A stretch of 64,000 nt of DNA. Source: Haliotis rubra (lineage: Eukaryota). Below the pieces are notes generated by a model, which did not search any database, was not told where the DNA came from, and worked only from the letters and a program-made list of their open reading frames with translations. The stretch is from the NCBI RefSeq assembly GCF_003918875.1, contig NW_025767368.1:1054001-1118000 (forward strand). The letters run 5' to 3'. Position numbers and translations under genes: made by a program. Shown here one piece after another: positions 47,716 to 58,520 of the stretch (positions are counted from its first letter, which is position 1; each line of letters opens with the position of its first letter).

Positions 47716-48014
47716 GATGAATAAAACATGAATAAAACATCTTTGGTTTTGTCTTGTCACTAAAACTGATGTTTATGTTAAGTGCATGTAACAGAAAATG
47801 TAGTAGTACAATTTAACACATGACATTACCATTGCAGCCAGCTGGAGGGAAAGCATTGTCAGTCACACTTTCTTGTACGTGAATGATGGCGTAAATACTA
47901 CTGAATTTGGAGTTAATACTATTGGGATAGGGGTGGGCATTTGCTCATCTTTTGCTGAAAACCTGGGTTCAATTTGTTCAAACACTGGGAGAATGTGTAA
48001 AGCCCAATTTTTAA

Positions 48015-48245
48015 ACTTATCCTATCTCACGGTATGCACTTCTCTCTCTTGATTCGACACTGTGAGTGGAACAATGTAAACTTTTCCCTTAGGCCTCTCT
48101 TGTCCATCCACCCAAGCACTCCATACTACCCTCACTATAAGACAGCTAAGGCGGATGGACAAGAGAGGCCTAGGGAAAAAGTTTACAGCGTTCCACTCAG
48201 TGTCGAGTCAAGAGCGAGAAGTGCATACCGTGAGATAGGATAAGT
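48015..48245. mobile_element. Long-TIR foldback MITE inserted in a decayed family A SINE
   Basis: ~95-bp inverted arms starting ACTTATCCTATCTCACGGTATGCACTTCTC; SINE halves at ~47930-48010 and ~48280-48350. Confidence 0.78.
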
Positions 48246-48513
48246 ATATAAATATACAATTTATATTAAGATTTTCAGTTTTGGGTCTCCCAACTGTTAT
48301 ATTGTGGGAATATTGCCAGAAGTGACGTAAAATGATCCCAGCCACTCCCTTCAGACCAACTCTCCACTAACCATTAGCGGATCACAAACCATTTGGTGGT
48401 ATGTCATGCTTGCAGTTATAAGTGTACAAAAAATGAGGATTGGCTGGTCAAAATATTGTGACTTTTGCTGATTGTTGCTTGGTGTTCTCGAAAGTCATGA
48501 GAAGCTGGACGAA

Positions 48514-48651
48514 CATGAATACATGACACGTTTGAACTTTTATGGATAACAACTTCTTTTATTCTTTATACGATGTTTCAGCAAGAATTAGCTCTGAAAC
48601 ATGTAAATAATAAAAAGAAGTTGTTCCCTATAAAACATGTCATGTGTTCAT
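48514..48651. mobile_element. Degenerate Penelope-like palindrome
   Basis: TTTATGGATAACAACTTCTTTTATT ... AATAAAAAGAAGTTGTTCCCTATAAA, with GTTTC/GAAAC remnants. Confidence 0.55.
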
Positions 48652-51014
48652 GATTTCTGCTTGTGACATTGCTACTATTGCTGTAAACTGCTGAGTGACT
48701 ACTTTCAACCTAGGATGTTTTCTAGATTTCTTTAAAATAAAGGACAGAATCAAATGTGACATTGTCGCCTTCGAATGTCCAGTGTATAACATGACCATTC
48801 TATTTTGATAAATATCTGGAACCCATTGGACTCCAAAGCTCGAGACACAACCATCTCCATTGCTCAGATCTCTAACTTTGCACACAATGCTTCTTCCCTG
48901 TTGTTTGTTTTGATACATGTATATAAATGTGAAAAAGTCGTTTTTCCCAACCAGACCCCACATCAGGTTATGTCAGCCCATTATAGGTCATGTGTCCTGT
49001 TCCAGGTCATCACACCATCTACCAGTAGTACAGTTCAATCTTATAATGTAACAGGAAGTTTGCCACAATGGCCACGATAATTTGTATCTGGAGCTTAGTC
49101 TTGTATCAGGAATCCTATATTCCAGTATGGTGTTATATTAGTAGCTGTGTTTACGTATATATAGACCAGTTATCACTACAAGCGTGCCACCTTGGTACAA
49201 CTGATTGCTATTGTCGGATAGCATAGCTTGACGAGTCATCTTGAGATTTCCCTCGACCCTGTTATTTCTATTGCGAAGACGCTATTGTTGGAATGTGATT
49301 ATAATGCTTAAACAAATATGAGTCAAAGTAAGAAGTTTATATGTATATTTCAATTATCAACTTACACTCGCATCAAAGCTCATATCGAGGTTATATCCCA
49401 GTGGTTGGTGTAAATCCAGGTGGCTTGGTCGATCACGACTAGTGGAAATATATTAATGAAATTTTGAATAAAATTAAACAATGTCGTACAAGCATAAGTC
49501 AATATATGGGAGAAACATTTATTTACAACAAGCATGTTAAATGACACGAGTAGATTAACACAGATCACATGATACCCGACCCTTGATTCAACATCAAGGG
49601 TGATGCCCGGTGATGAATTGCAAAACGTTACGTCGTACATCATAAAGTGTGGTTAGTGTCCGGTAAGGGAGACACAATACTGTGTATTTTACACAGTTGG
49701 TAATAGAAAGTCACTGTCCCGATCCGGAAGCCGAATTTCCGGTTAAATGAGGGATTTTATGTTTATTTCGAGTCACGTAAATGCGAGGTTTCCAGATATC
49801 AGGGGGCCGTATAAGCGAGGTTCCACTGTATTCCTTTCTAATAGCAACGCTGGGTTTATACTCAGCTTTGTAAATCTTTGATAAATTGTCTCATAAATTC
49901 ACAAGTGTGTAGTGCAGTGAAATGCTAACTCATCTATATTGTAATAACTTATCGATGAAACAAAAATCTGGCCATCCTCCTGCAACCACGACAAGAGTAT
50001 TTTACGTGAGCTTCAATTACTTCTCGTATCAAAGATGTAACAGTAGGCTGAGAGGGAAATGACCTTGTACAGCACAGCGACATGAGATTCCCCCTCCTTC
50101 ATATCCATCTATATTCCTGCTGTCTGTAAATTGTGTATGGGCAAGGCGCACAGGTCGTGACATCATGAGCAATGCCGGGTGTCAGGCTTACATTCAAATC
50201 GCCTGATTATGCATAGGAACCGTCCCATCTCATCAATCGGCTGTATGGACTTGTCACTGCGTCACATGGCCATTTAACACCATGCGGACAAGTAAAATGC
50301 TAAGACATTTATTGTAAAATACTATTTGGTACAAATGCTATCTACAGTACTTTGGGTATCTCAAACTCCTATTTTGATGAGGGTATTTATATTCTCTCTC
50401 TCTCTCTATCTCTTTCTCCCCCGATTCGCTTGATATACCAATGTAAATATGACTATCCCAATAAACAATTGAGTAGTATAATTTAGTTCAGCCACCTTAT
50501 ACCCCCTCTTATATGATGGAATGCGGAGCCATTAATTACACTGTCAGAGTAAACAATGTTTGTGACGTTGATACTGATTTAATTGCTCTGGTCTGATCGC
50601 CTCTGAAACAATACAATACAAACATGGGTTATCTGAACCTGAGTCAGTTTGGAACAGCCATTTTGTATAGTAGCTCACTAGATGTATCCAAATGAGTCCT
50701 GTGGCTCTAGGTGAGAGGAGAACCGGGACTGATACAGCTGGTAGTCCTACCACAATTGGTGAAGTAAACGAGCATGAGATTTGTTCACACAGATCAATAA
50801 TCATGGCCGTGCCATATGGGGAATTCAAACCCAGGACCAACAGATCCTGGTACAGCAGTAAGGGACGCAACTGTGCACTGCAAATTGCGACGCTGGGACG
50901 CCCGTATGTTCTCCATAGGACTGATCGTTGAACACACACCACTGTAATGAAATCCACAAGAATAATCTCCCCGATGAAGCACCATATTTGGGTCACATGG
51001 ATAATTTGAAAACA

Positions 51015-54000
51015 TCACAACATGTCCGGGAAGGAACATGAAGGTAATTCGTCTGTTTGCATGGAACTTAGCTCCCCTGTGAACACAAGGTCACGGGTCT
51101 CCCCTCCACCGTCTAGGTCTGGTTTGTCTGGCAACGACCCCATGCCGGACAACATCACTGACCGCGACCCTTGCCCGGGCAACTGTGATTCTTGCTCGAA
51201 GTCAGGCCTTCCAGGTAACCGTGTCGTCTGTTCGTACGCAGGTTGCCCTGGCAACTGTGCGTGCTCTCTTTGAAGCCGCCTCACTTTCTGTTTCTCATTT
51301 TTCCACCATATTTTCAACCTAGCCGGGGTAATTTTGGGTCTTTCCTGGCGTGTATGACCTTTGTTGAGTTCGTTTGCATAAAACCGTAATTTCTCGGCAG
51401 AAGGTGTCTTGCAGGATTTAAACCACGTCTTCAGAAGAGGAATCTCCAGATCGGGATGAAACGTCAACCGAGTGTCCTTTGGGACACCCTTCGTGTCCAG
51501 GGATGGGAAATCTGTAAATACACACAACAATCCGACAAAGGAACATTGATAGTACAACCAGTGTGTATTGATTTCCGAAAGTATGTGTTCCTAAGAAAAG
51601 CAAGATTAATGGATGTCAACTTATGTATTGTGAATAATTTGCATTCCACTTCTTAATGCCCTTCAAAGATTTGAGCGTGTATTCCGTTGGATAATTGAGA
51701 CTGGTTATTCTCTTCCATTGACGTATAATATATTTACTTGATCTGAGTCGAATCTTCTGTTGCCTGTCGTAACCTAATAGCATTTTTGAATTGGGTAAGC
51801 TACAAAAAGTGTTTTGCCACAGACGTTTTTACCGCCCCTAACTGCATTGCAAAAAAGAAAAGATTTCCTAAACGCCCTTTTCTCATTAGCAGCAGGAGCT
51901 CTGTACTTCTACACAGAAGACATAATTCAAAATTACCATATTGTTTTCAGTTTCAACAAAGTTTGTCAATGCGCTTTCCTGTGCCTTGATTTGGATTGCC
52001 TGGTTTATTAACATGCCACTGAGGTGTTGGCTCCTCCACTGAGATGTTCGGCTACTACACTAAGGTGTTGGCTACTACACTAAGGTGTTGGCTACTACAC
52101 CGAGATGTTTAGGCTACTACATGCAGGTGTTGGCTGCGACACACCAATGTGTTGGCTACTACACTGAGGTGTTGGCTCCTCCACTGAGGTGTTCGGCTAC
52201 TACGCAGGCTGAGGTGTTGAGCTACTACACCAAGGTGTTCAGCTACTACACCAAGGTGTTCAGCTACTACACTGAGGTGTTGGCTACTACACCAAGGTTT
52301 TCGGCTACAACACCAAGGTGTTGGCTACTACACCGAGGTGTTGGACTACTACACTGGGTGTTCTTGCTACTATGCTGAGGTGTTGGCTACTACACCGAGA
52401 TGTTCAGCTACTACACCAAGGTGTTCAGCTTACTACACCAAGGTGTTCAGCTACTACACTGAGGTGTTGGCTACTACACCAAGGTTTTCGGCTACAACAC
52501 CAAGGTGTTGGCTACTACACTGGAGGTGTTGGCTCCTCCACTGAGGGTGTTCGGCTACTATGCTGAGGTGTTGGCTACTACACGGAGAGATGTTCAACTA
52601 CTACACCAAGGTTTTCAGCTACTACACCAAGGTGTTCGGCTACTACACCGAGGTGTTGGCTACTACACCGAGGTGTTGGCTACTACACGGAGGTGTTTGG
52701 CTACTACACCGAGGTGTTCAACTACTACACTGAGATGTTCGGCTACTACCGCGGAGGTGTTTGGCTTCTACTCAGGTGTTCAGCTACTACTTCGATGTCA
52801 GCTACTACACCGAGGTGTTTGGCTACTACACCAAGGTTGTCAGCTACTACACTGAGGTGTTGGCTACTACACTGAGGTGTTGGCTACCACACTGAGGTGT
52901 TGGCTACTACTATACGGAGGTGTTGGCTACTACACTGAGGTGTTGACTACTACACTGAGGTTGGCTACTATACGGAGGTGTTGGCTACTACACTGAGGTG
53001 TCTGCTACTACACTGAGGTGTTGACTACTACACTGAGGTGTTGGCTACTATACGGAGGTGTTGGCTACTACACTGGAGGTGTTGCTGCTACACACGGAGG
53101 TGTTGGCTACTACACTGAGGTGTTGGCTACTATACGGAGGTGTTGGCTACTACACTACATACGGAGTGGAGGTGTTGGCTACTACACTGAGGTGTTGGCT
53201 ACTACACTGAGGTGGCTACTATACGGAGGTGTTGGCTACTACACTGAGGTGTTGGCTACTACACTGAGGTGTTGACTACTACACTGAGGTGTTGGCTACT
53301 ACACTGAGGTGTTGGCTAGGTGTTGGCTACTACACTGAGGTGTTGGCTACTACTGAGGTGGTTGGCTACTACACGGAGGTGTTGGCTACTACACTTACTA
53401 CACTGAGGTGTTGGCTACTACACACGGAGGTGTTGGCTACTACACTGAGGTTGGCTACTACACGGAGGTGTTGGCTACTACACTGAGGTGTTGACTACTA
53501 CACTGAGGTGTTGACTACTACACTGAGGTGTTGGCTACTACACTGAGGTGTTGGCTACTACACTGGAGGTGTTGACTACTACACTGAGGTTGGCTACTAC
53601 ACTGAGGTGTTGACTACTACACTGAGGTTGGCTACTATACGGAGGTGTTGGCTACTACACGGAGGTGTTGCCTACTACACTGAGGTTGGCTACTATACGG
53701 AGGTGTTGGCTACTACACTGAGGTGTTGACTACTACACTGAGGTGTTGGCTACTATACGGAGGTGTTGGCTACTACACTGAGGTGTTGACTACTACACTG
53801 AGGTTGGCTACTACACGGAGGTGTTGGCTACTACACTGAGGTGTCTGCTACTACACTGAGGTGTTGCTACTACACTGACTACTACACTGAGGTGTTGGCT
53901 ACTACACTGAGGTGTTGGCTACTACACTGAGGTGTTGGCTACTACACTGAGGTGTTGGCTACTACACTGAGGTGTTGGCTACTACACTGAGGTGTCTGTT

Positions 54001-54686
54001 GGCTGCTACTACACTACACTGGAGGTGTTGGGCTACTACACTGAGGTGTCTACTACACAGGGGTGTCTACTGCACGGAGGTGTTGGCTACTACACTGAGG
54101 TGTCTGCTACTACACGGAGGTGTTGGCTACTACACTGAGGTGTCTGGCTACTACACGGAGGTGTTGGCTACTACACTGAGGTGTCTGCTACTACACTGAG
54201 GTGTTGGCTACTACACTGAGGTGTTGGCTACTACACGGAGGTGTTGGCTACTACACTGAGGTGTCTGCTACTACACTGAGGTGTTGGCTACTACACTGAG
54301 GTGTCTGCTACTACACAGAGGTGTTTGCTACTACACTGAGGTGTCTGCTACTACACAGAGAGGTGTTGGCTACTACACAGAGGTGTTTGGTTACTACACT
54401 GAGGTATTAGGTCCAGTGGGATCGGTTTCGTGTGACCTCGCGCGCTTCCGTTTAATGCTTACCTGCTGCCTGTTTCGTGTAACGCCGATACCACTCGCCG
54501 AACTCCTCACACTTGTCGCTGCTTAACTTGTTGATGTACTTGCCGTTAGCGATGTTGGATATCATTGACTGACAAAGGGGAGATAACTTCGCAAGCGTCG
54601 ATTGGTTGATTTCCTTCAAGAGCGAGAGAACAGCACAGCGCACATTATGGTCGTTCCAGTCCTTTGTCGTTTTCGGGTCAGGACCT
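51015..54686 (-). CDS. SATB/Compass(dve)-like homeobox protein, 3' exons: CUTL domain plus dve-type homeodomain; 5' exons not found
   Basis: Exon 54686-54463 (WNDHNVRCAVLSLLKEINQSTLAKLSPLCQSMISNIANGKY..KCEEFGEWYR) matches the SATB1 CUTL pattern. A phase-1 splice joins exon 51511-51015 (RLTFHPDLEIPLLKTWF..LN..RQERPKIT..LKIWWKNEKQK), which matches dve/SATB homeodomains. Confidence 0.88.
52016..54408. repeat. 20-bp minisatellite in the intron between the CUTL and homeodomain exons
   Basis: Unit GAGGTGTTGGCTACTACACT with many variants, more than 100 copies. Confidence 0.97.
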
Positions 54687-55125
54687 CTGTCAAAACAAGA
54701 AACTGCATCAACCCGCATTTGGAATAGCGGCACAGCAAGAGGCCATATTAAACGAGAACATATCACACAGTCGTGGATCAAAACAAGGGCGAGACCTTCT
54801 TAAGCAACAGTGGTTGGGTCACTGTCAAAACAAGGAGCTGTTTCAAACAATGTTTTTGCACTGTCAAAAACAAAGAACAATTCATGAAACAGTGGTTGGT
54901 ATAGGAGCAACCAAGCAGCCAACTCATTGGTGGGAGGACATACAAAATAAGGAACTTTGTCAAACAAGAGTTATCAGGAGATGGCACATTCCCCGATCTG
55001 GCGCACTTCGGCCTTATGACCCTCCATGCAAAATTCGGCGGAGAAAACAAAATGGTTGTTGGCATTTCTAAAACCATCAAAAGACACCAGTTCTTTAAAG
55101 CAAGTTTCCCAAGGAAATATTAAAT

Positions 55126-55364
55126 GGTTGGTTTGTGTTTAACGCCGCACTCAACAATATTCCAGCTATATGGCAGCGGCCTGTAAATAAGCGAGTCTGG
55201 AATAGACAATCCAGTGATCAACAGCACGAGTATCGATCTACGCAATTGGGAATCGATGACATGTGTCAACCAAGTCAGCGAGCCTGACCACCCGATCCCG
55301 TTAGCCGCCCTTTATAGCAAGCATGGTTTGCCGAAGATCAGTTCTAACCCGGATCTTCACGAGT
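55126..55364 (-). mobile_element. Short retroposon family C, full-length copy
   Basis: Reverse complement of the 6337-6560 consensus. Confidence 0.78.
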
Positions 55365-55540
55365 ACTAAACGGACGGAGGACGGACATGCTGATTACTAC
55401 TTTATCTACCGGGGTGATAACAATATAGGGTCAAAAACAAGAACCTACTTCAAGCAATGGACGATTATTTACAATATGCGTGGTCCTATACGTTGAGTGC
55501 GGCTTGGAAACAACAGACATAACCTAACACTGGTGACTAT

Positions 55541-55708
55541 GAGTGAGTGAGTGAGTTTGGTTTAACGCCGCTTTTAGCAATATTCCAGCAATATCACGGC
55601 GGAGGGACACCAGAAATGAGCTTCACACATTGTACCCATGTGGGGAATCGAACCCGGGTCTTCGGCGTGACGAGCGAACGCTTTAACCACTAGGCTACCC
55701 TGCCGCCT
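55541..55708 (-). mobile_element. tRNA-derived SINE, family A
   Basis: Near full-length reverse-complement copy with (GAGT)n tail. Confidence 0.88.
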
Positions 55709-56548
55709 CCTGGTTACTATGGTTTTACCTGAGTCAGCATATTCAAAACAGGAACTTTTAACAGTATTTTGCCTTAGTAAGCAGTTGTCGTCGATCACTT
55801 GCACACTTGTAACATGATATACGTTAGTGTATACATCCTATATCCCTCTCCAATTGACCTTGCTTTTTGGACGAATATAGATATATTATCACATGCCATG
55901 TCAGTTACATCCTATATCCCTCTCCAACTGACCTTGCTTTTTGGACGAAATATAGATATATTATCACATGCCATGTCATTATATCCCGTGTTACCTCTTG
56001 ACCCAGTAGACAAGTTCCGTAGTGTGACACATTTTACGCCATTCCATTTTACTTGTTATGATTACATCGAAGCATGAATTATTTTGAATTTTGCAGCATG
56101 AATCGTGTTTAACAATGAATACCTTCTCTTATTTTCTTTGTCCTATATTTTCGGAAATGAACAAGGGTTTGTTCTTCAAGGTTAATACGTACCACTTGTA
56201 ACAGATGCTGTTTAGGGGGAGCGTTTGTACATCATGTGACACATGTTCAACTTAAATACCCCATATTTGCCTCCTCATATTACTATCAGTTACAAGTTAA
56301 TGATAGTCTCTCTAGGTCACATACTGACATATAAAGATCACTCTGTGGCGACACAATTCAATCTGGGGAGGCAAACCTTTGATGGGTTCGAATCCCCGTG
56401 GGTCCTTATTATGTTTCTAGGTTTGTTATCATGATCTGTATGACTTCGAACTGTTCTCCTACACAATAAACTTCACAGTGAAGTAAGCCAAGCTCACTCA
56501 CTCATAAGAGATCACATGATAGTGACGTGAATAGGAGTGGGTTTGTAA

Positions 56549-56549
<1 letters not shown>

Positions 56550-56590
<41 letters not shown>
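56550..56590. repeat. (GT)n microsatellite
   Basis: About 20 GT units. Confidence 0.95.
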
Positions 56591-56594
<4 letters not shown>

Positions 56595-56616
56595 AAAGGG
56601 CTTTACCCGGTATAAT

Positions 56617-56773
56617 GGGGTAGCCTGGTGGTTAAAGCGTTGGCTCGTCGTGCCGAAGACCGGGTTCAATTACCCACATGGGTACAATGTGTGAAGCCCA
56701 TTTCTGGTGTCCCCGTGATATTGCTGGAATATTGCTAAAAGCGGCGTAAACCTAAACTCACTCACTCACTCAC
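56617..56773 (+). mobile_element. tRNA-derived SINE, family A
   Basis: Same head, body and (ACTC)n tail. Confidence 0.85.
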
Positions 56774-56827
56774 TGTACATGGTATACCCTTGTGGTGAAT
56801 CGATGGTCATATCTCAGCTATATATTA

Positions 56828-57061
56828 TCATGTATAAATGCCAATGTTTGCTTCTACTCGAATGTGTTTTACACACGTACGTCAGGATACGTCAGTTTTA
56901 AGATACCACATCAATCCATTATCATGTATAAAGGTCAACGTTTCCTTCCACTCGAATGTGTTTTACACACATACGTCAGAATACGTCAGTTTCTCAAAGT
57001 GCATTTCATGCATAAGGTCAACGTTTCGTTCCACTCAATGTGTTTTACACACATACGTCAA
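56828..57061. repeat. Three degenerate ~85-95-bp tandem repeats
   Basis: TCATG(T/C)ATAA..CAACGTTT..CCACTC(G)AATGTGTTTTACACAC..ACGTCA three times. Confidence 0.75.
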
Positions 57062-58050
57062 GAAATACGTTATTGTCCTCAAAGTGTTTTGAAAAAGCGT
57101 CCTTCGTTCAAAAATGGGATAATTTCAGTGTATATGAAAAGGATTTTTTTGTGTTTAATGGACATACTGGACATAACTGTCCTGTGCTGTGGTCTAATAT
57201 ATAACCTCTTTTACGCTTTTCTTTTTCCTTCAGACCCACCCACCCAATACCCCCCAAAAAATACCCCCACCCACCCCCACCCTGAAAAAGATAAAAACGA
57301 AAACAAACAAACAGAAGACAAGAAGAAAAAAACAACACAAGTCAAACAAAAGTCCTCGTCCCCCAACGGATTTAAACAGTCCGTCCTTAAAACAAAATAC
57401 AGAGATTAAGGAGGACTACATATCACAACTAATAACTCTTCTCATGAGATGATATAACATAGTGATTAAGCCCTTGTGGCGGAGATCTGCAGATGTTAAA
57501 TTAGCCGAGAATAAGATTCTCTGGCTGCAGGGAACACAGACGAGAAAGCCGTGATAAGTCTAGGACGTCCTGATTGTCGATGGGGGACTGTTGTGTCAAA
57601 GCGCAGTTTGAAATTGGCCAGCTGTATAAGGGCGGTTTGTAAATACGCACGTCTGGGTCTGCCAAAGTGAGCATGGTTTTATGGCTAATTTATCATGATT
57701 CCTGCAACATCTCTGCGGGGGACACCTGAAATGGGCTTCACACATTGTACCCGTGTGGGGAACAGAACCCGCATGTTTGATGTCACATGAAGCATCTTGT
57801 AGTCACTGACATTAACAACAATTAGTCCTAGGACACGAGCCGCCATATAGCTGGACTATTGCTGAGTGCGGCGTTAAACAACAAACCAACTAACCTAGGA
57901 CACGAACTGACGAGCCAGATCACGTAATGGCCACCCAGTCTTCTTTTGTCGACTCCGGATTGAGTATGAAAGAAGAAATGGACACGGGGGTTCATTGACG
58001 TTTACGCATGTCCACAATAATGACATGCGCAGATTGACGTAACCTATCTG

Positions 58051-58241
58051 GATAAGGACAGACTTTATGGATGAACAACTTCTTTATTCAGGTGATGTAA
58101 CGTTTCGATATAGATTACTGTATCGTTGTCAAGCAGGATACAATAATCTGTATCGAAACGTCGCATCACCTGACATTGTTCATCCATAAAGTTTGTCCTT
58201 ATCTGAGTCTCCAACTTCTAAAAATGCCACTCACAGAAGCT
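58051..58241. mobile_element. Penelope-like inverted-repeat remnant of the same family
   Basis: Palindrome 58051-58203 with TTTATGGAT..ACTTCTTT and CGTTTCG/CGAAACG. Tail CAACTTCTAAAAATGCCACT is shared with the 46.6-kb copy. Flanking direct repeat GTAACCTAT(C/T)TG. Confidence 0.65.
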
Positions 58242-58520
58242 GTAACCTATTTGATCGAACGCAATGGTGCCAACCCCTCCTCTAGGCATCTTGCATACCA
58301 CTTGCGTTCCAGTTTAATAAGTCGTGGCTTATATCAGTGTACACAGCTAGTACAAGAGAATTCAACTGGGTTTCTATTGATTTGTTACTCTTTGGAAGAA
58401 TATATGGCGGAAAAAAAATTCCAAGCTGAAATATTGGCATACGCGAATAAGATAACCATCCAACTTTCATGGCATCCATCGTACTGCATAACGACATCCG
58501 CCAGCTTGGCATCCGGCACA

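Noticed and set aside
52085-54526. Repetitive ORFs (MLATTLRCWLLH...)
   Set aside because: Artefacts of the 20-bp minisatellite.
14659-54686. Functional mitochondrial-stress cluster (ROMO1 plus a DVE-1/SATB-like gene)
   Set aside because: The genes are ~36 kb apart with unrelated genes between and no sequence evidence of co-regulation.
56792-57409. 205-aa ORF
   Set aside because: Made of tandem repeats and low-complexity C/A runs, with a non-ATG start and no domain.
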